A stretch of 32,000 bases of DNA from Mycobacterium leprae TN (GTDB lineage Bacteria > Actinomycetota > Actinomycetes > Mycobacteriales > Mycobacteriaceae). Shown here in pieces: positions 18,443-31,095 of this stretch; the stretch's first letter is position 1, and each line of letters opens with the position of its first letter. Position numbers and translations under genes: made by a program. The stretch lies in the NCBI RefSeq assembly GCF_000195855.1, contig NC_002677.1:600001-632000 (forward strand). Direction: 5' to 3'. Below the pieces are notes generated by a model. The model was given only the letters and a program-made list of their open reading frames with translations, was not told the DNA's origin and made no database searches.

Positions 18443-19477
18443 CTTCCGATGTTCTAACTGCGGTCAGCGCCTGACGTTCGAGAACTTCGTGTGTTTGTCC
18501 TACGGCAGCGCGCTGGGGTTTTCGCTGAAGGATATGGCGCTGCTGGTGATTGGTGACGCCGAGCACGTCGGTGCCATTGTTGCCGGAGATTATCAACCGT
18601 GTGCCAAATCTTCATCTGGACCAATGCAATTGGTTGGTCCCCGTTGATCAACCTGGCGGGCTGTGCACGTCATGCGTGTTGGACTCAACAACGGCAGCAC
18701 GATGCGTACACACACCATTGACCTGGCTGAGTTCGTCCGAGTCTAGGAGGCTAAGCGGCGGCTGATCGCGGAATTCAACGAACTAAAGCTGCCGATTGTC
18801 GAGCGTGACCAGAATCCCGACTTTGGACTGGCGTTCATCTGTTGTCCAGCGAGCACTAGAAGGTAGTCACCGAGCATGACGGCGGCATAATCGCCCTAGA
18901 GTTAACCGAGGGTGATGATGTTCACCGCAAGCAGTTGCGGGTTGAAATGAACGAGTCATACCCGCACCCTGCTCGGGCACTTCCGCCACGGGATCGGGAG
19001 TGACTACATTTATTAATTAAACCAGTTGATCACCAATTCGGGTGCATACTTGGACTATTGCCGCGGATTGTTCGGTGATCTCGACGCCAACTACCCCGAG
19101 TTGTTAGCTTGTGGCGCCCTGCCCGCTGACTGGTAGGAATGCTTTGTGTCATCGTATGATGCCATGCACGCTGCTCAGGATTATGCTGAGATGTTTGTTC
19201 ACAATACTGTACATACGCGATGTCCTGGACATCTTTAGTGTGGTGCGGTTTGACGTCGGCGTCAGTAACCTTTGAGCGAAGTGTGTTCGGCTTCAGTGCT
19301 TTTCCCACCATCATCGACATGTGGCTGCCGTTGTCCTGGTTGCTGAACATGGTCAACCGTTCGATGGGCCATGACGACCTATACTCGTTCGTGTTGATGT
19401 CCGCCGTTTTGGACAAGATGCAGTTCACTCACGCCGTCGTCGACGATGTGACTGCCAACCTAAACAGCAGCACATGA
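18435..19477 (+). pseudogene. Zinc-ribbon / putative zinc metallopeptidase relic (Rv2568c-like)
   Basis: ATG 18435 overlaps the upstream stop (ATGCTTGA). The zinc ribbon reads MLDFRCSNCGQRLTFENFVCLSYGSALGF. After frameshifts and stops come CANLHLDQCNWLVP...GLCTSC, KRRLIAEFNELKLPIV, LLGHFRHGIGSDY, LFGDLDANYPELL...LPADW*ECFVSSYDAMHAAQDYAEMFVH. An in-frame stop at 19475-19477 closes the last frame. Confidence 0.75.
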
Positions 19478-19743
19478 GGTACGTGGCCGTGGTTAGGCGA
19501 ATTGGGACCCGGCGGCAGTGGACCGTCACTGGGGGTGAGGGAGAAGCTCCGTAACCAGACGGTGGTGGATAGTCGTAAAGGTTCTGGTTGCCGCTCTGCT
19601 AGTTGGCCGGGTTAGCTAGATAGTTCGGGGTTGGCTTATTACTTTGATTCGTTTGCTAGTTTGTTGTGGGGACCCGTTGGGTACCCGAATCATCGGGGTT
19701 TACCGTGACTGACTTGTCTGTCCTTCGTGGTATTTCTAATGTT

Positions 19744-21087
19744 GTGTCCGACAGTCTGTTTGATTTGCCTGGCGCGCCGCAGCCGACCGACTACGGCCTG
19801 GGTGGCTCGACCGGGGTCCCGCTGGCGGTGCGGATGCGTCCGGCATCGCTGGACGAGCTGGTTGGACAGGGTCACTTGTTGGCGCCGGGATCGCCGCTGC
19901 GCCGCCTTGTCGAGGGCTCGGGTGTGGTGTCGGCTATTCTCCATGGCCCGCCGGGATGCGGTAAGACGACCCTGGCAGCGCTGATCTCGCAGGCGACCGG
20001 GCACCGGTTCGAGGCACTGTCGGCGTTGTCGGCGGGTGTCAAAGACGTTCGAGCTGTTTTGAAGATTGCACGTAGTGCGTTGCTCTCGGGGAAGCGGACT
20101 GTGCTGTTTATCGACGAAGTGCACCGATTCTCCAAGACTCAGCAGGACGCCCTGCTTTCCGCGGTGGAGAACCGGGTGGTGTTGCTGGTCGCGGCGACCA
20201 CCGAGAACCCGTCGTTTTCAGTGGTGGCGCCGCTACTGTCTCGATCGCTGATCCTTCAGTTGCGGCCGCTGAACGCTGACGACATCCGTGCCGTGGTGCA
20301 GCGGGCCGTCGATGATCCCCGCGGCCTGGGAGGACAGATCGCTGTGGCACCCGAGGCCGTCGACTTGTTAGTTCGGTTGGCCGCCGGCGACGCCCGACGG
20401 GTTTTGACCGCATTGGAGGTGGCCGCCGAAGCCGTCCAAACCGGTGACGAGCTGACGGTCGCGACCATTGAACAATCCTTGGACAACGCTGCAGTGCGCT
20501 ACGACCGGGACGGTGATCAGCATTATGATATCGTCAGCGCCTTCATCAAATCGGTGCGTGGCTCTGACGTGGATGCTGCGCTGCACTATCTGGCGCGCAT
20601 GTTGATTGCCGGGGAGGATCCACGATTCATCGCGCGCCGGCTGCTGATCCTGGCTAGCGAAGATATCGGCCTGGCCGACTCGACCGCGCTTCCGCTTGCG
20701 GTCGCTGCCGCGCAGACTGTGCAGCTAATAGGCATGCCCGAAGCCCAGCTGGCGCTGGCACATGCCACCATTCATTTGGCTACTGCACCGAAATCGAACG
20801 CCGTCATGACCGCGCTGGGTTCCGCAATAGATGATATCAAAGCTGGTAAGGCCGGTTTGGTACCGGCTCACCTGCGCGACGGACATTACTCCGGTGCGGC
20901 GGCGCTGGGCAACGCCAAAGGCTACAAGTATTCCCATGATGACCCCGACGGTGTTGTTGCCCAACAGTATCCGCCGTATGAGCTGGTGGAAGTGGACTAC
21001 TATCGGCCTACCGGTCGTGGCGGTGAACGTGAGCTCGTCGGTCGACTAGACCGGCTGCGAGCGATAATCCGCGGCCGGCGAGGCTAG
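19744..21087 (+). CDS. rarA: Replication-associated recombination protein A (AAA+ ATPase, MgsA/RarA family)
   Basis: The ORF is intact. It has Walker [13 protein letters not shown], Walker B and sensor [18 protein letters not shown]...ATTENPSF, and the MgsA C-terminal domain [35 protein letters not shown] preferred GTG 19744 ([12 protein letters not shown]...). GTG 19666 (the ORF-track start) and GTG 19696 are alternatives. Confidence 0.93.
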   Translation: MSDSLFDLPGAPQPTDYGLGGSTGVPLAVRMRPASLDELVGQGHLLAPGSPLRRLVEGSGVVSAILHGPPGCGKTTLAALISQATGHRFEALSALSAGVKDVRAVLKIARSALLSGKRTVLFIDEVHRFSKTQQDALLSAVENRVVLLVAATTENPSFSVVAPLLSRSLILQLRPLNADDIRAVVQRAVDDPRGLGGQIAVAPEAVDLLVRLAAGDARRVLTALEVAAEAVQTGDELTVATIEQSLDNAAVRYDRDGDQHYDIVSAFIKSVRGSDVDAALHYLARMLIAGEDPRFIARRLLILASEDIGLADSTALPLAVAAAQTVQLIGMPEAQLALAHATIHLATAPKSNAVMTALGSAIDDIKAGKAGLVPAHLRDGHYSGAAALGNAKGYKYSHDDPDGVVAQQYPPYELVEVDYYRPTGRGGERELVGRLDRLRAIIRGRRG

Positions 21088-21094
21088 CCGTTCG

Positions 21095-21830
21095 AGTAGT
21101 GTGCGGCTGGCTGCACGCTTGGCATCAGACCAGCTTGAGCACCCTCAAGTGCGCGATCGCCGGATCGAATTCGGCCACGTTGAGTACCTCGGCTTCCACA
21201 AATCCAGACCTGTTTGCTGCGCAACTTTAACTTGGTTGACCGGTCGCGGTTGCTGATCGCCATTGCGTTGATGCTGTCGAACGTCGAGCAGGACACCGTA
21301 CGCCGGAATACGGGATAGTCGACCATCAGGCTGGTGCTGCAGAACCCGTTGAGTTTTTCCAGTTCTGGAAGCACTCATGTCCGGTACGATCCATCGATCG
21401 GCTGCGCTGGTCGGATACCGTTTTGAGCCAGATAGCCCGTGTGCATGCGCCCTTGCACGAGCGGTGGTTACGCTGCCAGCAGAGCGATTCCCATTCTTCG
21501 ACCTGTGTGCTGCCGTTGAACATCTGCACAGCCTGATCGCGAATGCGCGCCAGCCGCCCATCGCCTGCACGTTCTCCCGAGTGAGCTGGTGGTGATGCAT
21601 CTGCCGGACTGTTCGGTCGACAAAAAGCGACACTCTGATACACCCGTCGATCTCCTGCAGGGCAGGTCATGACTACATCGCGAATGGAATGTGTGCAATT
21701 CCTATGTTGACCGACAGGGGTTGCGCCTGGATGGTGGTAGAGCGTGCGTACACGATCGACTCCAATCCTATCTCTGAGGCAGAGTCCCGGTAACGCTACC
21801 GGTTCATCAAGCTGCTTTCTTCCGACCACT
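21095..21830 (-). pseudogene. Possible class I SAM-dependent methyltransferase-like relic (identity uncertain)
   Basis: Three overlapping minus-strand ORF fragments (21084..21374, 21145..21633, 21326..21829) show that no single frame is open. The only family hints are short and weak: [12 protein letters not shown] (compare V.D.GCG.G), [14 protein letters not shown] (compare L.PGG.L.V), and a C-terminal [10 protein letters not shown]. Confidence 0.3.
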
Positions 21831-21930
21831 TAGGCGTGGCAATGCTGCTTGCGGGGCTTTCTCCCGGGTTGTGTATCGGATTGGCAGGTCGACAAGCCAC
21901 GCCCGTAGGCTGGGCTGCGTGCATACCGAT

Positions 21931-22120
21931 GTGCTGGATGTGAACACTGCGTGTCGTCGCATCGTGGATCTTACCGACGCGGTACGCGAATTCGGCCCGA
22001 CTCACAGCGATGACCGGTAGTCTTTGCAGTCGAAAGTGTCGTTAGACGGCCTTCTAATTGTCTGGCGAATAGGTTTTGGAATCGACCCCAAGCACGTTGC
22101 GATGTTGTCCCGGCAGAGCC
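21931..22120 (+). pseudogene. YjbQ/UPF0047-like N-terminal stub, truncated
   Basis: From GTG 21931 the sequence reads (M)LDVNTACRRIVDLTDAVREFGPTHSDDR* and then DGLLIVW. This resembles the start of YjbQ-family proteins (L.V.T..R....DIT..V..F......GLL.V). Only about 200 bp remain before alaS, so the C-terminal two thirds are missing. Confidence 0.4.
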
Positions 22121-22158
22121 GCCGGAATTAAGGGAACTAGGGAAGAAGAATACTTAGA

Positions 22159-24885
22159 GTGCAAACACACGAGATCAGGAAGCGGTTCCTTGATCATTTT
22201 GTGAAGGCGGGCCACACCGAGGTGCCTAGCGCGTCAGTAATCCTCGATGACCCCAACCTGTTGTTCGTCAACGCTGGCATGGTCCAGTTCGTGCCGTTCT
22301 TTCTGGGGCAGTGTACGCCGCCGTACGCGACGGCCACCAGCATCCAGAAATGCATCCGCACTCCTGACATCGACGATGTGGGTATCACCACCCGGCACAA
22401 CACCTTTTTCCAGATGGCGGGCAATTTCTCGTTCGGGGACTACTTCAAGCGCGGGGCTATCGAACTGGCCTGGGCGTTGCTGACTAACAGCTTTGCCGAC
22501 GGGGGCTACGGGCTGGACCCAGAGAGACTCTGGGCCACGGTGTATCTCGATGACGACGAGGCTGCAGGCCTATGGCAGGAGATCGCCGGACTGCCACCTG
22601 AGCGAATCCAGCGTCGTGGTATGGCCGACAACTACTGGTCGATGGGCATCCCTGGGCCATGCGGGCCGTCGTCGGAGATTTACTACGACCGCGGGCCCGA
22701 GTTCGGCCCCGAAGGCGGTCCCATCGTCAATGAGGACCGCTACCTCGAGGTCTGGAACCTCGTGTTCATGCAAAACGAACGCGGTGAGGGGACTACCAAG
22801 GAGGACTACGAGATCCGCGGACCGCTGCCACGCAAGAACATCGACACTGGCATGGGTGTTGAGCGGATTGCGTTGGTTCTGCAGGGCGTGCACAACGTCT
22901 ACGAGATCGATCTGCTGCGGCCGGTGATTGACCTAGTGGCGACCCGCGCACCGCGCCCGTATGACCCCGAAAATGAAGACACCAATCACGCCGACAACGT
23001 CCGCTACCGCATTATCGCAGACCACAGCCGCACCGCCGCCATCCTTATCGGCGACGGTGTAAGTCCCGTCAACGACGGTCGTGGTTATGTGTTGCGTCGT
23101 TTGCTACGCCGGATAATCCGTTCGGCCAAGCTGTTGGGCATCGATAGCCCGATCGTGGGCGACCTGATGGCTACCGTGTGCAATGCGATGGGGCGAGCTT
23201 ATCCAGGGCTGGTCACCGACTTTGACCGGATCAACCGCATTGCCGTCGCTGAAGAGACGGCATTCAACCGCACCCTGACTTCTGGCTCGAAGCTGTTTGA
23301 CGACGTCGTCGGCGCCACCGTAGCGTCGGGCTCCACCGTGGTCGCCGGTTTGGACGCCTTTACCCTGCATGATACCTACGGTTTCCCAATCGAGCTCACC
23401 TTGGAGATGGCGGCCGAAGCCGGTCTGACCGTGGATGAGAAGGGATTTCACGAGTTGATGCTGCAACAGCGTCAGCGCGCCAAGGTCGATGCCGCCGCCC
23501 GCAAGCAGGCACACGTCGACCTGACTGCGTACCGTGAGCTGGTCGACGCCGGTCCGACTGAGTTTACTGGCTTCGACGAATTGACTACCGAGGCAAGAAT
23601 TCTCGGCATCTTTGTCGAAGGCAAGCGGGTCCCGGTAGTCGCGCACGCCGTTCGAGGCCAAGCTGGCATCACCAATCGGGTAGAGCTGGTGTTGGATCGC
23701 ACTCCGCTTTATGCTGAGTCGGGAGGCCAGATTGCTGACGCCGGCACCATCAGCGGAATTGGTGCCGGAGCCAGCTCCCGGGCGGCGGTCACCGACGTGC
23801 AAAAGATCGCTAAAACTCTTCATGTCCACCGGGTTAACTTAGAATCCGGGGAATTCGTCGAGGGTGATACCGTTGTTGCGGTAGTCGACCCGGGTTGGCG
23901 CAGGGGCGCCGCGCAAGGGCATTCGGGTACCCACATCGTGCACGCCGCGCTGCGCCAAGTGCTGGGGCCCAACGCCGTTCAGGCTGGCTCGCTGAACCGG
24001 CCGGGCTACTTGCGTTTTGACTTCAACTGGCAGGGTTCGTTGACTGGTGAGCAGCGTACCCAAATCGAAGAAGTCACCAACGAAGCTGTGCAAGCCGACT
24101 TCGAGGTACACACCTTCACCGAAAAGCTCGACACAGCTAAAGCGATGGGCGCCATAGCCCTGTTTGGTGAGGCCTATCCCGACGAGGTGCGGGTGGTGGA
24201 GATGGGCGGACCGTTCTCGCTGGAGTTGTGCGGCGGCACGCATGTGCACAACACGGCGCAGATTGGCCCGGTCACGATCCTGGGTGAATCGTCGATCGGC
24301 TCCGGGGTGCGCCGGGTGGAAGCATACGTCGGACTGGATTCGTTTCGCCACCTGGCCAAAGAGCGTGCGCTGATGGCAGGGCTGGCATCATCACTGCAGG
24401 TGCCTTCCGAGGAGGTACACGCTCGGGTAGCCACGCTGGTGGAGCGGCTGAAGGCCGCCGAGAAGGAACTCGAGCGCGCTCGGCAGGCAAACGTCCAGGC
24501 GGCGGCGACCAAAGCCGCGGCGGGTGCTGAGTGGATCGGTAATGTGCGGGTTGTGGTGCAACGGATGTCCGGCCCGATAGCACCAGACGACTTACGCTTC
24601 CTGGTCGGCGATATCCGCGGCAAACTGGGCAGTGATCCGGCGGTGGTCGCGCTGATCGCGGTGACTTCGGATGGGCCGACCGCAACTGTGCCGTACGCGG
24701 TCGCTGCCAATCCCGCCGCCCAGGATCTGGGAATTCGCGCCAACGATCTGGTGGAACAGCTCGCTATGGTCGTAGACGGGCGCGGCGGCGGTAAGGCCGA
24801 CCTGGCGCAAGGTTCAGGAAAGGACCCGACTGGCATCGACGCTGCGCTTGACACGGTACGTGCACAGATAGCGCAGGTCGGTTGA
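22159..24885 (+). CDS. alaS: Alanyl-tRNA synthetase
   Basis: Intact 908-aa ORF from GTG 22159 ([27 protein letters not shown]). Motifs are [27 protein letters not shown], the editing-domain [12 protein letters not shown] and CGGTHV, and a C-terminal DHHA1-like region [10 protein letters not shown]. Confidence 0.98.
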   Translation: MQTHEIRKRFLDHFVKAGHTEVPSASVILDDPNLLFVNAGMVQFVPFFLGQCTPPYATATSIQKCIRTPDIDDVGITTRHNTFFQMAGNFSFGDYFKRGAIELAWALLTNSFADGGYGLDPERLWATVYLDDDEAAGLWQEIAGLPPERIQRRGMADNYWSMGIPGPCGPSSEIYYDRGPEFGPEGGPIVNEDRYLEVWNLVFMQNERGEGTTKEDYEIRGPLPRKNIDTGMGVERIALVLQGVHNVYEIDLLRPVIDLVATRAPRPYDPENEDTNHADNVRYRIIADHSRTAAILIGDGVSPVNDGRGYVLRRLLRRIIRSAKLLGIDSPIVGDLMATVCNAMGRAYPGLVTDFDRINRIAVAEETAFNRTLTSGSKLFDDVVGATVASGSTVVAGLDAFTLHDTYGFPIELTLEMAAEAGLTVDEKGFHELMLQQRQRAKVDAAARKQAHVDLTAYRELVDAGPTEFTGFDELTTEARILGIFVEGKRVPVVAHAVRGQAGITNRVELVLDRTPLYAESGGQIADAGTISGIGAGASSRAAVTDVQKIAKTLHVHRVNLESGEFVEGDTVVAVVDPGWRRGAAQGHSGTHIVHAALRQVLGPNAVQAGSLNRPGYLRFDFNWQGSLTGEQRTQIEEVTNEAVQADFEVHTFTEKLDTAKAMGAIALFGEAYPDEVRVVEMGGPFSLELCGGTHVHNTAQIGPVTILGESSIGSGVRRVEAYVGLDSFRHLAKERALMAGLASSLQVPSEEVHARVATLVERLKAAEKELERARQANVQAAATKAAAGAEWIGNVRVVVQRMSGPIAPDDLRFLVGDIRGKLGSDPAVVALIAVTSDGPTATVPYAVAANPAAQDLGIRANDLVEQLAMVVDGRGGGKADLAQGSGKDPTGIDAALDTVRAQIAQVG

Positions 24886-25440
24886 GTGTTTTCGTCACAG
24901 CACCGCCTGCTCTACCAGCCAAGTGGCCCTGATCTGTCAAAAAACTTAGACCCTGAGCGGGGACGGCGGCTCGGCATCGATGTGGGTAGTGTGCGCATAG
25001 GTGTGGCTTTCAGCGACCCGGACGGCATCCTGGCTACCCCGGTGGAGACGGTGCGCCGCTACCGTTCCGCTAAGCACTTGCGCCGACTAGCTGAGCTCGT
25101 CGTCGAATTGCAGGTTGTCGAGGTGGTCGTCGGCTTGCCATGGACACTGACCGACCGGACCGGCTCGTCGGCAAAGGACGCCATCGACACCGCCGAGGCA
25201 CTAGCACGGCGGGTTGCTCCGGTACCGGTTCGACTCGTTGATGAGCGGCTGACCACTGTCAGCGCGCAGCGTTTGCTGCGTGCTGCAGGTGTACGCGCTA
25301 AAGACCAGCGGGCGGTGATCGACCAGGCGGCGGCGGTGGTGATTCTGCAAAATTGGCTCGATCAATGCCGCGCTGCTACTCCGGCGAGGGCGGATGAGCC
25401 TACGACTGGATCGGTAGCTGGAGAAGTTATCGATGGGTGA
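24886..25440 (+). CDS. ruvX: YqgF/RuvX-type putative pre-16S rRNA nuclease (Holliday junction resolvase-like)
   Basis: GTG 24886 directly abuts the alaS TGA. The RNase H-fold signature [30 protein letters not shown] and [17 protein letters not shown]...VDERLTT are present. Confidence 0.9.
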   Translation: MFSSQHRLLYQPSGPDLSKNLDPERGRRLGIDVGSVRIGVAFSDPDGILATPVETVRRYRSAKHLRRLAELVVELQVVEVVVGLPWTLTDRTGSSAKDAIDTAEALARRVAPVPVRLVDERLTTVSAQRLLRAAGVRAKDQRAVIDQAAAVVILQNWLDQCRAATPARADEPTTGSVAGEVIDG

Positions 25441-26698
25441 TTCCTATTTAGCACGCCACCGTCTCGCACCCGAGGCGGCCGGGTTGGGCCGCCACCAGAT
25501 GAGCAGCGGGGACCGGGATGGGCGCCGTCTGGCCAAGAGCGGATATCGTTGTCGACGCTTCGCCGACAAAATAGTATTTGGCCTGCTAGTCGTGGTCGTC
25601 GTCTTGGCCACCTTTGTCGGCTTGCGGCTGTGGCACACGCTGTTCGGGTCTGCTGACGGTTACACGGATTACGCGGGAGCCGGCAAGCACGACATCATGA
25701 TTCAGATTCATGCCGGTGATTCGACCACCGTGATCGGTGAGACGCTGCGCAACCAGGGGGTGGTCGCCTCGGTCCGGGCATTCGTCGATGCCTCGCATGG
25801 CAACGCCGCGATTTCGTCGATCCAGCCGGGTTTCTACCGGATGCGCACCGAAATCCCGGCCGCTGCTGCGGCAGCGCGGCTTGCTGATCCGGAGAACCGG
25901 GTGGGGAAGCTGGTTATCCCGGAAGGTCGTCAACTTGATGATGCCACCGACATGACAACTGGCAAGGTGAATCCTGGAATATTTTCGCTGATCTCCCGTG
26001 CCACCTGTGTGGATCTCGACGGCAACCGGCATTGTGTTTCACTGAACGACCTCCGCGCGGCGACGAGAAGAACCTCGTTAGCCAAGCTGTCGGTGCCGGC
26101 TTGGGCGACTGAATCGGTGATTGAGTTGGGCAACGACCATCGCCGGATCGAGGGACTCATTGCGCCGGGGACCTTCAATGTCGACCCATCGGCCTCAGCC
26201 GATAGCATCATGGCCAATTTGATCAGCACCAGTGCCGTGGGGTACACGGATTCCGGTTTGGTGGACACCGCGCGCTCCCTTGGCTTGTCACCCTACGCCA
26301 TCCTTGTGGTGGCATCGCTGGTGCAGCAGGAGGCCAGCCCGCAGGACTTCCCGAAGGTGGCGCGCGTCATATACAACCGCCTGTATGAACATCGCACGTT
26401 GGAGTTTGACTCGACCGTGAACTATCCGTTGGACCGCCGCGAGGTGGCTACCAGTGACGCCGATCGTGGCCTGTGGACGCCGTGGAACACCTACGTCTCG
26501 CCAGGATTGCCGGCCACTGCGATCTGTTCTCCCGGCATCGATGCGTTGTACGCTGCCGAGCATCCCGAGCCCGGTGACTGGCTGTACTTCGTCACCGTTG
26601 ATACCCAGGGGACAACTCTGTTCACCAGGGATTATCAGCAGCATTTAACCAATATCGAACTCGCGAAGCACAACGGTGTCCTTGACAGCGTGCGCTAA
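25433..26698 (+). CDS. mltG: Endolytic murein transglycosylase (YceG/MltG family)
   Basis: ATG 25433 overlaps the ruvX stop (ATGGGTGA). It has an N-terminal TM helix [18 protein letters not shown] and YceG motifs [37 protein letters not shown] and [17 protein letters not shown]. Confidence 0.9.
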   Translation: MGDSYLARHRLAPEAAGLGRHQMSSGDRDGRRLAKSGYRCRRFADKIVFGLLVVVVVLATFVGLRLWHTLFGSADGYTDYAGAGKHDIMIQIHAGDSTTVIGETLRNQGVVASVRAFVDASHGNAAISSIQPGFYRMRTEIPAAAAAARLADPENRVGKLVIPEGRQLDDATDMTTGKVNPGIFSLISRATCVDLDGNRHCVSLNDLRAATRRTSLAKLSVPAWATESVIELGNDHRRIEGLIAPGTFNVDPSASADSIMANLISTSAVGYTDSGLVDTARSLGLSPYAILVVASLVQQEASPQDFPKVARVIYNRLYEHRTLEFDSTVNYPLDRREVATSDADRGLWTPWNTYVSPGLPATAICSPGIDALYAAEHPEPGDWLYFVTVDTQGTTLFTRDYQQHLTNIELAKHNGVLDSVR

Positions 26699-27512
26699 CA
26701 AGGGGCCGCGAAAAGCTGGAATTATTGGTTCTCCAATCGCGCATTCCCGTTCCCCGCACTTGCACCTGGCCGCTTACCGTGCACTGCGTCTCCACGACTG
26801 GACGTATGAGCGGATCGAATGCGATGCTGAAGAGCTCCCGACTGTCGTTAGCGGGTTCGGGCCGCAGTGGGTCGGCGTTTCAGTGACCATGCCGGGCAAA
26901 TTCGCCGCGCTGCGGTTCGCCGATGAGCACACTGCACGTGCCAGCCTGGTTGGGTCGGCTAACACGCTGCTGCGGACCCAGCGCGGCTGGCGGGCCGACA
27001 ACACCGACATTGATGGTGTGGCGGGGGCGCTGGCGGCGATCGGGCCTTTGGCAGGGCGTGCGCTAGTGTGCGGGTCGGGCGGCACTGCTCCGGCGGCTGT
27101 GATGGGGTTGGCTGAACTGGGCGTCACCGATATCACCGTTTTGGCACGCAATCCCGACAAGGCGTCCCGGTTGGTCGATCTCGGGGTTCAGGTCGGTGTG
27201 GCGACCCGATTGTGCGGTCTGGACAGCGGTGGCTTGGCAGATGAGGTGAAGGCTGCCGAAGTGCTGGTTAGTACGGTACCGGCAGATGTGGCTGCGCGGT
27301 ATGTCGATGTCTTCGCGACGGTCCCGGTGCTGCTAGATGCAATCTACGACCCGTGGCCTACGCCACTGGTCGCAGCGGTGTCCGCGGCGGGCGGCCGAGT
27401 GATCAGCGGCTTGCAAATGCTGTTGCATCAAGCGTTTGCGCAGGTGGAGCAATTCACCGGGATGCCTGCACCGCGAGAGGCGATGGCTTGTGCTCTGGCG
27501 GGTTTGCATTAG
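26676..27512 (+). CDS. aroE: Shikimate 5-dehydrogenase
   Basis: Motifs are GIIGSPIAHSRSPHLH, GVSVTMPGK, NTDIDG, and GSGGTAPAA (NADP-binding loop). The start is either GTG 26676 or TTG 26682; both overlap the 3' end of mltG by about 20 nt. Confidence 0.9.
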   Translation: MSLTACANKGPRKAGIIGSPIAHSRSPHLHLAAYRALRLHDWTYERIECDAEELPTVVSGFGPQWVGVSVTMPGKFAALRFADEHTARASLVGSANTLLRTQRGWRADNTDIDGVAGALAAIGPLAGRALVCGSGGTAPAAVMGLAELGVTDITVLARNPDKASRLVDLGVQVGVATRLCGLDSGGLADEVKAAEVLVSTVPADVAARYVDVFATVPVLLDAIYDPWPTPLVAAVSAAGGRVISGLQMLLHQAFAQVEQFTGMPAPREAMACALAGLH

Positions 27513-27740
27513 CGTGCCGCGTATGCAGGATAGGGGCCGTTTGTGTGATGCTGATCTGGTTGGCCGGTACTGAGTTTATGACATCAATGTCCCTGGCCAC
27601 CATGAGCCTGGCTCTTGTGTAGCCTTCCATCGAAATCCACGGCAGCATGGAAAAGTGCGAGAGCCCCCTACATGTTGGCGTCGATTTCGATGTTTGCGCG
27701 CATTTTGAGTGAACCCGAAATGGCATGGCAGGATAGTTAA

Positions 27741-28964
27741 GTGTTGCGCTGGATCACCGCCGGGGAGTCGCATGGCCGGGCTCTGGTGGCCGTTGTCGAA
27801 GGCATGGTCGCCGGTGTCGAAGTTACCTCCACCGCCATCGCTGATCAGTTGGCGCGCCGCCGACTTGGCTATGGCCGCGGTGCCCGGATGGCCTTCGAGC
27901 GCGACGGGGTGACGGTGTTGTCTGGGGTACGCCACGGCGTTACTTTGGGTGGCCCCATAGCCATCGAGATCGACAACACCGAGTGGCCGAAGTGGGAATC
28001 CGTGATGGCCGCCGATCCGGTCGACGCCGCGGAATTGGAAGACTCCGCTCGCAACGCCCCGCTCACCAGGCCGCGCCCGGGTCATGCGGACTATGCGGGT
28101 ATGCTCAAGTACGGTTTCGACGACGCTCGTCCAGTGTTGGAGCGGGCTAGTGCTCGAGAAACCGCCGCCCGTGTCGCGGCGGGGACGATCGCGAGGCAGT
28201 TTCTGCGCCAAGCTCTGGGGGTCGAAGTGCTTTCGCACGTCATTTCCATCGGTGCGTCGGCCCGCTACGATGGGCCACCGCCGGGGTCCGAAGACCTAAC
28301 CGTAATCGATGCTAGTCTGGTGCGCGCTTTTGACGAACAAGTTGAAAAATCTATGATCGCTGAGATTGAAGCGGCCAAGAAAGACGGCGATACCCTCGGC
28401 GGGGTAGTAGAGGCCGTGGTGCTGGGCCTGCCAGTCGGGCTGGGGTCCTTTACCAGCGGTGACGACCGGCTCGACAGCCAGCTAGCCGCAGCCGTAATGG
28501 GGATACAGGCGATTAAAGGCGTAGAGATCGGTGACGGCTTCGCGACTGCGCGTCGCCGCGGCAGCTGCGCTCACGACGAAATGTATTCTGGTCCTGGCGG
28601 TGTCGTCCGCTTAACCAACCGGTCAGGTGGACTCGAAGGCGGCATGACCAATGGCCAGCCGCTGCGGGTGCGCGCGGCGATGAAGCCGATCTCCACTGTG
28701 CCGCGGGCGCTAGCCACCGTCGATCTGGCAACCGGTGAAGAGGCCATCGCAATCCACCAGCGCTCGGATGTGTGCGCGGTGCCGGCCGCCGGAGTCGTTG
28801 TCGAGACCATGGTTGCGTTGGTGCTGGCCCGCGCAGCGCTGCGGAAGTTCGGCGGTGACTCACTGGGTGAAACTCGTCGTAATCTTGCAGCGTACCAGCG
28901 CGCGGTCGCTGACCGGGAAGCGCCAGTTGCTCAGTACTGCGGCGAGTCGGGGATAGGCGGGTAG
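27741..28964 (+). CDS. aroC: Chorismate synthase
   Basis: From GTG 27741 the sequence reads [21 protein letters not shown]. Signature segments [23 protein letters not shown] and [15 protein letters not shown] are present. The 407-aa ORF is intact. Confidence 0.97.
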   Translation: MLRWITAGESHGRALVAVVEGMVAGVEVTSTAIADQLARRRLGYGRGARMAFERDGVTVLSGVRHGVTLGGPIAIEIDNTEWPKWESVMAADPVDAAELEDSARNAPLTRPRPGHADYAGMLKYGFDDARPVLERASARETAARVAAGTIARQFLRQALGVEVLSHVISIGASARYDGPPPGSEDLTVIDASLVRAFDEQVEKSMIAEIEAAKKDGDTLGGVVEAVVLGLPVGLGSFTSGDDRLDSQLAAAVMGIQAIKGVEIGDGFATARRRGSCAHDEMYSGPGGVVRLTNRSGGLEGGMTNGQPLRVRAAMKPISTVPRALATVDLATGEEAIAIHQRSDVCAVPAAGVVVETMVALVLARAALRKFGGDSLGETRRNLAAYQRAVADREAPVAQYCGESGIGG

Positions 28965-28971
28965 GGGCGCG

Positions 28972-30652
<1,681 letters not shown>

Positions 30653-30653
<1 letters not shown>

Positions 30654-31090
30654 TGACGATGGTTAACATCATCAACGGTCCGAACCTGGGCCGGCTGGGT
30701 CGGCGTGAACCCGATGTCTATGGCAGCACCACCCACGAACAGCTGTCGGCTCTGATTGAGCGTGCGGCTGTCGAATTTGGGATCAAAGCTGTTGTGCGGC
30801 AAAGTGATAGTGAGTCACAGCTACTGGATTGGATCCATCTGGCCGCTGATGCTGGAGAACCGGTTATCCTCAACGCCGGCGGCTTGACGCACACGTCAGT
30901 GGCGCTGCGCGACGCGTGCGCTGAATTAAGCGCACCGTTTATTGAGGTGCACATCTCTAATGTGCATGCCCGCGAGGAGTTTCGGCGTCATTCCTATCTC
31001 AGCCCGCTAGCGACAGGAGTGATTACCGGGCTGGGAGTCCAAGGCTACCTGCTTGCCTTGCGCTATCTGGCTGAGATAGCTGGGAACTAA
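30653..31090 (+). CDS. aroQ: Type II 3-dehydroquinate dehydratase
   Basis: The start overlaps the aroB stop by 1 nt (TGATG). Motifs are [33 protein letters not shown] and [17 protein letters not shown]. Confidence 0.97.
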
Positions 31091-31095
31091 TCTTT

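Noticed and set aside
22570-24854. Long antisense or alternative-frame ORFs inside alaS (e.g. 23104..23829 -, 24174..24854 -, 23839..24351 -)
   Set aside because: These are shadow ORFs typical of GC-rich coding DNA. They have low-complexity Arg/Ala/Pro/Ser-rich translations and lie fully inside a well-supported gene. The same applies to 17507..18253 (-), 27576..28238 (-), 29967..30452 (-), 15347..16095 (-) and 19690..20124 (-).
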